A stretch of 64,000 bases of DNA from Melioribacteraceae bacterium (GTDB lineage: Bacteria > Bacteroidota > Ignavibacteria > Ignavibacteriales > Melioribacteraceae), in assembly GCA_011525875.1 (NCBI GenBank), contig WYBN01000007.1, forward strand, positions 220,684-284,683, given 5' to 3'. Position 1 is the first letter of the stretch; the number at the start of each line of letters is the position of its first letter. A program made the translations under genes and the position numbers. The notes beneath the pieces are model-generated. The model ran no database searches, was not told where the DNA came from, and worked only from the letters and a program-made list of their open reading frames with translations. Shown here in pieces: positions 42,236 to 51,245 of the stretch.

Positions 42236-42346
42236 TGTTTATATCTTAATCTGCAGCTTGATTATTCGCCTTTTCTCTGAAACTTTTTTATTATAAAATT
42301 TCTATATTGTCCCATACGATTCAATAAAAATAGAGGCTTTCTTTTT

Positions 42347-43429
42347 ATGCAGATTGGTTTGGTTGGACTTCAGTTCTCGGGAAAAACTACTCTATTTAAT
42401 ACATTTGTTGATTCTGAGCAGCCGCAGATTTCTGGAGCAAATGAAGAGGCGGTTATAGAAGTAGTTAAAATTCCCGATGATCGCCTCGATGAACTGACTT
42501 TAATTTTTAATCCACGGAAAAAAGTTTCTGCTACTATTGAGGTCTATGATATACCGGGATTAAAAATGGGAGACGATAATAAAGTTAAAATTACATCCGG
42601 TTTTTTGAACAATGTAAGAAATAATGATGCCCTTTTTTATGTGATACGTCAGTTCGAAGATGATACCGTCTCTCATCCTATGCTTGTGGTTGACAGCTGG
42701 AGAGATATTGAATTCTTAGAAACCGAATTTCTTTTCTCAGATTTAAGCTTTTTGGAAAGCAGACTCGAAAAGCTCCGCAAAGAAGTTATGAAATCCAAAG
42801 ACGAAAAATTAAATCGAGAATTGCCGTTAATTGAAAAATGTTTTGCTCACGTAGAAAAAGAAAATCCACTACGAAATCTTCAGTTAGATGACAATGAACT
42901 AAAAGTGCTTTCGGGTTATCAACTCCTTACGATTAAACCGCTGATAATCGGCATTAATTTCGACGAAAACTCAATGGATATTGTCGATGAAAAAACTAAT
43001 GAAATCAAGTCAAAGATTATTGATAAATCAACAGAAGTCATACCGTTTTTTGCAAAGATTGAATACGAACTTTCGAGACTGAGCCTCGAAGATAAAAAAG
43101 CTTTCATGAACGACTATAATATTAAGGAATCGGCATTAAGTAAAATTCTGCGCAGTTCATATAAAGTGCTTGGATTGCAGTCCTTTTTTACTGTGGGGGA
43201 AGATGAATGCAGAGCCTGGACTATAAAACAAAACTATACAGCTCAGCAAGCTGCTGGAGTTATCCACACCGATTTTTACAATAAATTCATCAGAGCAGAA
43301 GTAGTAGCTTACGATGACTTTATGAGGAATAAGTCTTTTGCTAAATGCAAAGAAGCTGGGGATTGGAGACTTGAAGGCAAAGATTATATTGTTAAGGACG
43401 GAGATATACTCAATATCCGTCATAGCTAA
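42347..43429 (+). CDS. ychF: Ribosome-binding ATPase YchF
   Basis: P-loop GLVGLQFSGKTTLFN and the C-terminal YchF/TGS-like FFTVGEDECRAWTI..N.TAQQAAGVIHTDF...FIRAEV. Confidence 0.88.
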   Translation: MQIGLVGLQFSGKTTLFNTFVDSEQPQISGANEEAVIEVVKIPDDRLDELTLIFNPRKKVSATIEVYDIPGLKMGDDNKVKITSGFLNNVRNNDALFYVIRQFEDDTVSHPMLVVDSWRDIEFLETEFLFSDLSFLESRLEKLRKEVMKSKDEKLNRELPLIEKCFAHVEKENPLRNLQLDDNELKVLSGYQLLTIKPLIIGINFDENSMDIVDEKTNEIKSKIIDKSTEVIPFFAKIEYELSRLSLEDKKAFMNDYNIKESALSKILRSSYKVLGLQSFFTVGEDECRAWTIKQNYTAQQAAGVIHTDFYNKFIRAEVVAYDDFMRNKSFAKCKEAGDWRLEGKDYIVKDGDILNIRHS

Positions 43430-43455
43430 TTTTATAATAATAAACAGAGGTTAAT

Positions 43456-44919
43456 ATGTCAGAACAAGCAATTGAAGGGCTGAAACCCGAACTGCTATGG
43501 AAGTATTTCTATGAGATTTCACAAGTGCCCCGTCCATCAAAAAAAGAAGAGAAAATTAGACAGTTTATCAAAGATTTTGCGAGCGAAAATAATTTTAATT
43601 TTATTGAAGACATAGCAGGGAATATCGTAATTAAAGTTCCTGCATCCGAAGGTTATGAGAATTCTGAAACGGTAATCCTCCAGGGTCACCTTGATATGGT
43701 AGCTGAAATGAATAAGGGGACTCAACATGATTTTGATAACGACCCTATCAGACTAAAGAGAAGCGGCGGATGGATCGAAGCAGAGGGAACAACTCTTGGC
43801 GCAGATAACGGTATCGGAGTTGCTGCTGCTCTCGCAATCGCAATGGATAAAGAAAGTATTCACGGTCCGCTTGAAATACTCTGCACAGTTGATGAGGAAA
43901 CCGGATTGACAGGGGCCAACTCTTTAGAACCCGGGTTTGTTTCGGGTAAACTACTGTTAAATATGGATTCTGAAGAGGACGGAGTTTTTTATGTGGGTTG
44001 TGCCGGAGGCATTGACACTGTCGGACTTTTCAAGATAAAATGGAATACTAATAAAAATGGACTTAAGCCTTATAATTTGATGATCGGAGGATTGAAAGGC
44101 GGGCACTCAGGGTTAGACATTTCAATTGGCAGAGCAAATGCTATTAAACTTCTTGCCATATTGCTGCACCGTCTTGAGGATATTAAATATAGACTTGCGG
44201 CTGTTAGCGGAGGCTCAAAGAGGAATGCAATACCGCGCGAAGCTGAAGCGACAATTCTTATTGACCCGCATGATGAGAAGAAAGTGAAAAAGGTGATTTC
44301 AGTTTTTATAAAAGATATGCTGAAAGAATATCAAAAAAATGACGGAGGATTGAAAGTCACTTTCGAAAGACAAAAGGGGAAAGTGCAATCGGTTTTCACT
44401 AAAAAATTTACGAGACGAATTCTGAATTCTTTACTTGCTCTTCCACATGGCGTTTTATCAATGAATCCTTACATCCCGGGCTTAGTCGAATCCTCAACAA
44501 ATCTTGCGACCGTTACTATGGAAGATGATAATATTAGAATCGGCACAAGTCAGCGGAGTTCAATAGATACCGCCATTCGTATCGCTTCCCAAACTGTGCA
44601 ATCAATATTATATCTTGCTGATGCATCTGAAATAATCCAGGGAGACGGATACCCCGGCTGGCAGCCAAATATGGATTCTGCTTTATTAAAAAAATCGCGC
44701 GATGTTTATAAAAATTTATTCAACCAGGAAGCTGAGGTTAAAGCGATACATGCAGGATTGGAATGCGGCATACTCGGCGCAAAATATCCCGGTCTTGACA
44801 TGATTTCTTTCGGACCGACTATTACAGGCGCTCATTCACCGGATGAAAAAGTAAATATCGCCGATGTTGAAAAATTTTACGATTTGTTAAAATCGCTTCT
44901 TAAAAATTTAGCGACTTAA
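43456..44919 (+). CDS. pepD: Aminoacyl-histidine dipeptidase (M20C, PepD)
   Basis: PRPS.KEE, QGHLDMV, GADNGIGVA, VDEETGLTGA and GLECG motifs. Confidence 0.9.
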   Translation: MSEQAIEGLKPELLWKYFYEISQVPRPSKKEEKIRQFIKDFASENNFNFIEDIAGNIVIKVPASEGYENSETVILQGHLDMVAEMNKGTQHDFDNDPIRLKRSGGWIEAEGTTLGADNGIGVAAALAIAMDKESIHGPLEILCTVDEETGLTGANSLEPGFVSGKLLLNMDSEEDGVFYVGCAGGIDTVGLFKIKWNTNKNGLKPYNLMIGGLKGGHSGLDISIGRANAIKLLAILLHRLEDIKYRLAAVSGGSKRNAIPREAEATILIDPHDEKKVKKVISVFIKDMLKEYQKNDGGLKVTFERQKGKVQSVFTKKFTRRILNSLLALPHGVLSMNPYIPGLVESSTNLATVTMEDDNIRIGTSQRSSIDTAIRIASQTVQSILYLADASEIIQGDGYPGWQPNMDSALLKKSRDVYKNLFNQEAEVKAIHAGLECGILGAKYPGLDMISFGPTITGAHSPDEKVNIADVEKFYDLLKSLLKNLAT

Positions 44920-45063
44920 AAATATTTGCAAAGTAATTTGAAAGCGGTTTCCAGTATTTTTTTTGAAGAAAATATCGTTTTTTATTCTTCGCTTCTGAAG
45001 TACTTGGTTATGTTTGGTGATGACCGGCTATGAATTCATTCATCAATAAATATAGAGAAGAAA

Positions 45064-46773
45064 ATGAAATCTAAAAGCGCATTATTTGAAGTCCCTTACA
45101 TTACTTCAGTACAGGATATGTTCTTAAAATCAACCGAAAAATATTCTTCTAAGCTTGCATTGGAAGACCTCACAAATACGCCGATAAACCGGGTTACTTA
45201 CCACGACTTAAGAATTAATGTGCTCAAGTTCGGCGATGCTTTAACAAAATTGAATTTGCACGAACGGACTCATGTAGCAATTATTGGCGAAAATCGTGTT
45301 CAATGGGCAATTAGTTATCTAACTCTTATGACATTTAATTATGTGGTAGTTCCGATTGATAAAAACCTGACCGAGAATGAGATTATTAACATACTGCACG
45401 AATCGGATGCCGAAGCAATTATTTTTTCTGAAGCTTACATGGGTCTAATGAAAGAGATTAAAGGCTCTTTGAAAAAGCTTAAGCACTTTATTTGCATGGA
45501 CAAATGCTCCGGTCAGAACGGATATTTAATTATGACCGACTTAATTGAAAAAGCAGAGACCGTTAAGATTGATAAACTTCCGGGTATTAATCCGGACTCA
45601 CTGGCTGAGATCATTTTTACGTCAGGTTCTCTGGGGCGCGCAAAAGGTGTTATGCTCACTCAAAAAAACCTTTGTTCTAATTTAATGGATATGGTCAGTA
45701 TGTTATTTATGTATCCTGAAGATCGTTTTTTGTCTTTTCTTCCAATGCATCATACTTATGAATGTACCTGCGGAATGCTTTGCCCGATATACTGCGGCAG
45801 CTCTATACATTTTGCGCGTTCCCTAAAAACTATTGTTGATGATCTTCAAATGGTTAAAGCTACTATTCTATTAGGCGTGCCGCTGCTGTATGACAAAATG
45901 TTCAAGAAAATTGTAAAATCGATTAGAGAAGACAAAGTAAAATCGAAGATAGTTCCACCGCTTGTTGCGGCAACTAATCTTATTTATCTGCTCGGTTTAA
46001 AAGATATTAAGAAAAAAGTTTTTAAGGAACTGCATCATAAGTTCGGCGGCGCAGTTAGATTGTTTATTGCCGGAGGCGCGGCGCCCGATCCGCTAGTTGC
46101 TAAAGGATTACGCGGACTTGGATTTAACTTTTTACAAGGTTATGGTCTTACAGAGACTTCGCCTATTCTAACTCTGAATCGTTTGGATAATTTTAAGGAT
46201 GACTCCGCTGGATTACCACTCCCGAATGTGAAACTTAAGGTAAACAATCCGGATGAAAATGGCAGTGGAGAAATATGGGCTAAGGCTCCGAATGTTATGC
46301 TTGGATATTATAAGAACGAATCAATGACTGCCAGTGTATTTGATGACGGCTGGTTTAAGACCGGAGATGTTGGTTATATTGATGAAGACGGCTTCCTTCA
46401 CATTAACGGGCGGAAGAAAAACGTGATAATTTCAAAGAGCGGTAAAAATGTATTCCCTGAAGAAATTGAGGATATTCTGAACAGAAGCCCATTTATTCTT
46501 GAATGCCTCGTCTTCGGAGAGAAGGATGATAAGGATGATGAAACTATAAGCGTAAAAGTTGTTGTTGACGCTGAGTCTTTAATAGAGGTCTCTGAACGAG
46601 ATAATATCCAGATCTCTCCGGAATTTATTAATAAAATAATAAAAGAAGAAATTGACAAAGCAAATAGACAATTGGCTTCGCACAAACGTATAAAGAAATT
46701 CTATATCCAAGAGAAAGAATTTGAGAAAACAACAACACAAAAAATTAAACGATATGCTTCCGGCAGTGAATAA
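45064..46773 (+). CDS. AMP-forming long-chain acyl-CoA synthetase (FadD/FAA1-like)
   Basis: ANL motifs FTSGSLGRAKGV, GYGLTETSP, GWFKTGDVGYIDEDGFL.I.GRKK and QKIKR (A10). Confidence 0.88.
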   Translation: MKSKSALFEVPYITSVQDMFLKSTEKYSSKLALEDLTNTPINRVTYHDLRINVLKFGDALTKLNLHERTHVAIIGENRVQWAISYLTLMTFNYVVVPIDKNLTENEIINILHESDAEAIIFSEAYMGLMKEIKGSLKKLKHFICMDKCSGQNGYLIMTDLIEKAETVKIDKLPGINPDSLAEIIFTSGSLGRAKGVMLTQKNLCSNLMDMVSMLFMYPEDRFLSFLPMHHTYECTCGMLCPIYCGSSIHFARSLKTIVDDLQMVKATILLGVPLLYDKMFKKIVKSIREDKVKSKIVPPLVAATNLIYLLGLKDIKKKVFKELHHKFGGAVRLFIAGGAAPDPLVAKGLRGLGFNFLQGYGLTETSPILTLNRLDNFKDDSAGLPLPNVKLKVNNPDENGSGEIWAKAPNVMLGYYKNESMTASVFDDGWFKTGDVGYIDEDGFLHINGRKKNVIISKSGKNVFPEEIEDILNRSPFILECLVFGEKDDKDDETISVKVVVDAESLIEVSERDNIQISPEFINKIIKEEIDKANRQLASHKRIKKFYIQEKEFEKTTTQKIKRYASGSE

Positions 46774-46819
46774 CATCTTGGTAATTCAGAAAACAAATAT
46801 GAGGCGGCAATTAGGTTAA

Positions 46820-48175
46820 ATGCGTTTCAGCTTAATTATTTTGATTAGCATATTGGTTGCATCTAATTACACGGATGCTCAATCATATTATCATAGATAC
46901 AATATACTCGACTCGCATGAACTCTTTATTTCACAAGGGTTAGGACCTACTTTGTCGAGAACCGATTATGATTTGATTGGTATTGGTTTCAATCATCAAT
47001 TCAGCGCAGAATATTTTGTAAAGGATTTCAGCGGTTACCATCTCGGAATACGATCCTTTTTAAACGGGTTGCACATTACTGGATTTGACAATAACAAAGT
47101 CCCGGACGAATTCGTTACCAGTTTATTTTTAGTTGGATTTGCGCCTGTTATCAGCCTGCAGATTGATGAATTTTGGTACCCTTATTCTTCTATCGGATTA
47201 GCGTTTAATTGGTTCGATCCGAGGCAGATTGATGGATTACGTATGCCGAATAACAGAAAAAATAAATATGATAAAATAGCAGCGGACATTTTTATTAATG
47301 CCGGAATAAAATACAGACTATCGAAGGATTGGCTGATTTATTTTGACGGTTCTTTGATGATAAATTCTTATGATAATCTTGATGATATTGATAAATATGA
47401 ATTTGCTGACTTTTACGGGACAATCCAATTCGGGATTTCCTATGCAATATCCTTCAAGTCAGATGATGACGCTGACGGCATAGTCAACGAATGGGATAAA
47501 TGCCCGTTTACACCGTTGGGAGTTGAAGTGGACGAATTTGGTTGTCCCTATGACGATGATCTGGATGGAGTGCCGAATTATTTGGATGAATGCCCCGATA
47601 CTCCTCTGGGGGTTTTTGTGGATTGGTACGGTTGTCCTGTTGACAGCGATAAGGATGGAGTGCCGGATTATTTGGATAAATGTCCCAATACACCCATTAA
47701 AGTAGAAGTTGACGAATCCGGCTGTCCGGTTGATTCGGATAAAGACGGTGTGCCTGATTATATCGATCTTTGTCCTGAAACTGAAGCAGGCGTAGAAGTA
47801 GATTCAACCGGCTGCGTTAAAATGGAATCAAAAAATCAATTCTTTCAGAGCGACGTAATTTATTTCGAATCTGGCAGCGCTGATTTAGATGCTGAGTCAA
47901 GATCTAAGCTCGAAAGATTATCGCATTACATGCTGAATTATTCCGGGATATTGTGGTATATCGAAGGTCATAAGGATAATATCGAGAAAAATATCTTTGA
48001 TGAAGAAATATCTTTAACAAGGGTTAAAAAAATACTCGATTTTCTGATACTCCAAGGGGTTCCTCTCGAGATATTGAAAGTTGAAGACAGAGGATCGCGC
48101 TTTGCAATCGCAGATAATAACTCTATTACAGGTAGAGCTAAGAATAGAAGAGTGGTTATCTTTAGTGTGAAATAA
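46820..48175 (+). CDS. OmpA-family outer-membrane protein with thrombospondin type 3 (TSP3) calcium-binding repeats
   Basis: Signal peptide, N-terminal beta-barrel-like region, four 30-aa D.D.DGVPD..D.CP.TP repeats, and a C-terminal OmpA-like domain (GH.D........LS..R......L...G, NRRV). Confidence 0.85.
   Translation: MRFSLIILISILVASNYTDAQSYYHRYNILDSHELFISQGLGPTLSRTDYDLIGIGFNHQFSAEYFVKDFSGYHLGIRSFLNGLHITGFDNNKVPDEFVTSLFLVGFAPVISLQIDEFWYPYSSIGLAFNWFDPRQIDGLRMPNNRKNKYDKIAADIFINAGIKYRLSKDWLIYFDGSLMINSYDNLDDIDKYEFADFYGTIQFGISYAISFKSDDDADGIVNEWDKCPFTPLGVEVDEFGCPYDDDLDGVPNYLDECPDTPLGVFVDWYGCPVDSDKDGVPDYLDKCPNTPIKVEVDESGCPVDSDKDGVPDYIDLCPETEAGVEVDSTGCVKMESKNQFFQSDVIYFESGSADLDAESRSKLERLSHYMLNYSGILWYIEGHKDNIEKNIFDEEISLTRVKKILDFLILQGVPLEILKVEDRGSRFAIADNNSITGRAKNRRVVIFSVK
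47462..47821 (+). repeat. Four tandem 90-nt coding repeats (TSP3 units) inside the OmpA-family gene
   Basis: The units DDDADGIVNEWDKCPFTPLGVEVDEFGCPY, DDDLDGVPNYLDECPDTPLGVFVDWYGCPV, DSDKDGVPDYLDKCPNTPIKVEVDESGCPV and DSDKDGVPDYIDLCPETEAGVEVDSTGCV are also visibly similar at the DNA level (GATGGAGTGCCG.ATTATTTGGAT.AATG.CC). Confidence 0.85.
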
Positions 48176-48258
48176 TTCTTAACCTTGCTTAAATAAGTTT
48201 TGTGTAATATATTTACACCTCAAATTTGAGCCGAATTGTTCTTAAAATATTTTATTAT

Positions 48259-48331
<73 letters not shown>

Positions 48332-48335
48332 CGAT

Positions 48336-48367
48336 GAATCCCGATTTATTCGGGATTTCTTTTTTTT
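48336..48367 (+). terminator. Rho-independent terminator after tRNA-Gly
   Basis: GAATCCCG-ATTTATT-CGGGATTT hairpin followed by a run of about 9 T. Confidence 0.7.
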
Positions 48368-48387
48368 AGTAACCGTATTTACTTGAC

Positions 48388-48461
48388 GGCGCTGTACCCA
48401 AGCGGTCTAAGGGGAAGGTCTGCAAAACCTTTATTCGTGGGTTCGAATCCCACCGGCGCCT
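48388..48461 (+). tRNA. tRNA-Cys (anticodon GCA)
   Basis: Acceptor GGCGCTG/CGGCGCC (one G-U pair); anticodon stem AAGGT/ACCTT with loop CTGCAAA; T-arm GTGGG-TTCGAAT-CCCAC. Confidence 0.88.
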
Positions 48462-48550
48462 CAATCTCTTACCGTCTTTAAGCAAGTATTTATATAGAAT
48501 ATTCTCTGGTTATTCCATATCTTTAATGTGTTAAATGAAAAGGGTCTTAA

Positions 48551-48928
48551 ATGAGTGATTTTCTAAAACTATTTTTTGGACTTGGAATTGTAGCCGGCCT
48601 CATTGTATTAGGCGCGCTTTATTTCGAAAAATTCTTAACGGAAGAAGAAATAATAATCGAAATAGAAAAAGTTGAGCAGATTTATAAGGATGAACAGTTA
48701 TATTATTTGGTCTATTCTAAAGATGAGATTTTCGAAAATCGTAATAGTTTTTTTCATCAAAAGGATAATGCAGAATACTTAAATGGTGAATTCCGAAAAG
48801 GAAGAAAGCTTAAAGTGCGGGTAGTTGGTTATAAATTTGGAGTGAAACTACCGTTTCTGATGGAATATAGGAATATAATTGACATAATTACTAAAGATGA
48901 TTTGATTAAAGATAAAATCCGCTACTAA
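48551..48928 (+). CDS. Hypothetical membrane-anchored protein
   Basis: A single N-terminal TM segment (LFFGLGIVAGLIVLGALYF) followed by a charged soluble domain. I recognise no family motif. Confidence 0.5.
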   Translation: MSDFLKLFFGLGIVAGLIVLGALYFEKFLTEEEIIIEIEKVEQIYKDEQLYYLVYSKDEIFENRNSFFHQKDNAEYLNGEFRKGRKLKVRVVGYKFGVKLPFLMEYRNIIDIITKDDLIKDKIRY

Positions 48929-49046
48929 TTCACCGCTTTATATACCGATCTAATAAATTTTTTCAAACTGCTTTCGCTTAAAACTTTTTTGATTCTTAAT
49001 GCGTCTATTTAATTGTAGATCAAAAAAAATATTTAAGGAGGTAGTC

Positions 49047-49502
49047 ATGAAAATGTCATATTTCAAAGTACTTGTTCTGTCCTCTTTGCTTTTATTAAGC
49101 TTTACTGTCCTCGCAAATCCAAAGCAATCTGATAAAATGAATTTAAACTACGGGAAAATTGAAGCCAATTTAATTGAAGGATTGAATTCCGGCAACACCG
49201 GTCTTAGTGTCAGTTCTGCTTTTATGCTGGGTGAAATAAAATCTGAGAAAGCAGTTCTACCACTTACCAGATTGCTTCGCGAATCCGAAAACCCGAAAAT
49301 GAGGTTGATTGCGGCTCTGTCATTAATAAAGATAGGGTCAGAAAGAAGTGTATATGTGGTTAAACAGGCTAAGAGATTTAACAACGATTCGAATACGCGT
49401 TTGATGTGTGGAAGACTTTACAACGGTTATATTTCATCTGAGCGTATCAAAGTTTCATCTGAAAGAGACGGACATAATTCTATCGCTTTGGGGGACAAAT
49501 AA
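49047..49502 (+). CDS. Secreted HEAT-repeat-like protein
   Basis: ATG 49047 is preceded by AAGGAGG. Signal peptide MKMSYFKVLVLSSLLLLSFTVLA. SAFMLGEIKSEKAVLPLTRLL....NPKMRLIAALSLIKIGSERSV resembles PBS-lyase/HEAT repeats. Confidence 0.5.
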   Translation: MKMSYFKVLVLSSLLLLSFTVLANPKQSDKMNLNYGKIEANLIEGLNSGNTGLSVSSAFMLGEIKSEKAVLPLTRLLRESENPKMRLIAALSLIKIGSERSVYVVKQAKRFNNDSNTRLMCGRLYNGYISSERIKVSSERDGHNSIALGDK

Positions 49503-49524
49503 TCCTTATCCGTTATTCTGGTTA

Positions 49525-49563
49525 AAATTTCCCGGGTCGAATAGCCGGCTCGGGAAATTTTTT
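49525..49563 (+). terminator. Rho-independent terminator
   Basis: AAATTTCCCG...CGGGAAATTT forms a 10-bp stem running into a T-run. Confidence 0.7.
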
Positions 49564-49648
49564 ACTTACTGCCTTTAGCCCCACCCAATTCAATTCCAAA
49601 TCTTTCAAAAATAAATTTTATTTTTGCCCTTGAAACTTTTGAGGGTAA

Positions 49649-50287
49649 ATGTACGAAGAAGAACGCAAACAGTTAGTTGAATTATTGAAGAAAAAAGGGA
49701 TCAAGGATGAAAGGGTCCTCGATGCTATTAATTCTATTCAAAGGCATTTGTTTATTCCGGATGTAATCGGATTTCATGCTTACAAAGATACTGCTCTCCC
49801 CATTGGATATAATCAAACAATTTCTCAACCTTATACCGTGGCTTTTATGACTGAAGCGCTTGAGCTAAAAAGAGGGTATAAAGTACTTGAAATAGGAACC
49901 GGCTCCGGCTATCAAGCTGCAGTTCTAATTCATATTGGGATGAAAGTTTACTCTATCGAGAGAAATTTTGAAATATACAGTCGCACGCAAAAACTTTTTG
50001 ATCGGATGGGTCTGCGCGCTGCAATACGCTGCGCCGATGGCACACTCGGCTGGGAAGAATTTGCCCCTTACGATGGGATAATAGTAACTGCCGGAAGCCC
50101 GATAGTGCCGGATAATTTACTAAAGCAATTAAAAATCGGTCGTAAATTAGTAATTCCTGTGGGTGATAAACAAACGCAGTCTATGAAGATCGTTACAAAA
50201 ATCTCCGAAGATGAAAATGATATTAAAAGCATCTCGAGTTTCGCTTTTGTGCCACTAGTTGGGAAACAAGGTTGGAAAGAAGAGTAA
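49649..50287 (+). CDS. pcm: Protein-L-isoaspartate O-methyltransferase
   Basis: QTISQPYTVAFMTE and the SAM motif VLEIGTGSGYQAAVL. Confidence 0.92.
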   Translation: MYEEERKQLVELLKKKGIKDERVLDAINSIQRHLFIPDVIGFHAYKDTALPIGYNQTISQPYTVAFMTEALELKRGYKVLEIGTGSGYQAAVLIHIGMKVYSIERNFEIYSRTQKLFDRMGLRAAIRCADGTLGWEEFAPYDGIIVTAGSPIVPDNLLKQLKIGRKLVIPVGDKQTQSMKIVTKISEDENDIKSISSFAFVPLVGKQGWKEE

Positions 50288-51228
50288 TTGTGATAGTCGG
50301 TCCTACTTGCACCGGCAAAACAAAAACTGCGGCTGAACTTGCCTCCATTATTAAAGGCGAAATTATATCCGCCGATAGCCGGCAAATCTATAAACATTTG
50401 AATATCGGAACGGCAAAGCCAGATGAAAAATTACTTAAAAAAATTAAACATCATTTTATCGATTCTCTAGAATTAAATGAAAAGTATAATGTAAGCCGAT
50501 TTGAAGTCGAATCCTTAAAATTGATAGAGCAGATTTTTCAGAAAGGGAAGAGCCCTGTTGTTGCCGGCGGCTCCGGACTTTATATTCGTGCTTTAACTGA
50601 TGGCATATTCAATTCGGTTGATACAGACAATGAATACAGAGAAGAGTTGATGATTCTACGAAGACAGAAAGGGAATGAGTTCATTTATAAAATGCTTGAA
50701 GAGATAGACCCATTGAGCGCAAAAAAAATGCTGCCGCAAAACTGGAAAAGAGTAATTCGCGCGCTGGAAGTTTTTTATCTCAGCGGTAAATCTATCTTGG
50801 AATGGCAAAAAAATTATGAGAGAATCACACCATTTACATTTTTGCAGTATGGCTTAAAGTGGGATCGCGAAAGGCTTTATCTGAACATTGAAAAACGAGT
50901 TGATGAGATGATTAAGGAAGGGCTTATTGAAGAAACAGAAAATATTTTATCGAGAGGATTCCATAAGGATTGCAACGCTTTGAATACCGTCGGGTATAAG
51001 GAAATTATCTCATATCTTCAAAATGAGATTTCATTGGAAAGAGCGATTGAATTAATTAAGATTAATACAAGGCGATATGCCAAAAGGCAATTGACCTGGT
51101 TTAATAAAGATAAAAGAGTTAAGTGGATAGAAATTTCCGTCGAAGAAGACTTAAGCAGCGCTGCAGCCAAGATTGCCGAAGAATACCTTGATTTGAACCG
51201 TAAAGAATCTTTGAATATATTTGATTAA
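50272..51228 (+). CDS. miaA: tRNA dimethylallyltransferase
   Basis: P-loop IVGPTCTGKT, ISADSRQIYKHLNIGTAKP and RRYAKRQLTWF. The start is uncertain (TTG 50272 or GTG 50290). Confidence 0.92.
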   Translation: MERRVIVIVGPTCTGKTKTAAELASIIKGEIISADSRQIYKHLNIGTAKPDEKLLKKIKHHFIDSLELNEKYNVSRFEVESLKLIEQIFQKGKSPVVAGGSGLYIRALTDGIFNSVDTDNEYREELMILRRQKGNEFIYKMLEEIDPLSAKKMLPQNWKRVIRALEVFYLSGKSILEWQKNYERITPFTFLQYGLKWDRERLYLNIEKRVDEMIKEGLIEETENILSRGFHKDCNALNTVGYKEIISYLQNEISLERAIELIKINTRRYAKRQLTWFNKDKRVKWIEISVEEDLSSAAAKIAEEYLDLNRKESLNIFD

Positions 51229-51245
51229 GAAAGCTTGGAATTAAA

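Noticed and set aside
47462-47821. Regularly spaced repeats considered as a possible CRISPR or noncoding tandem array
   Set aside because: The repeats are contiguous with no spacers, in frame, and encode TSP3 calcium-binding units of an OmpA-family protein.
50068-50397. 109-aa ORF on the minus strand
   Set aside because: It is antisense across the pcm/miaA junction. Both sense genes are unambiguous.
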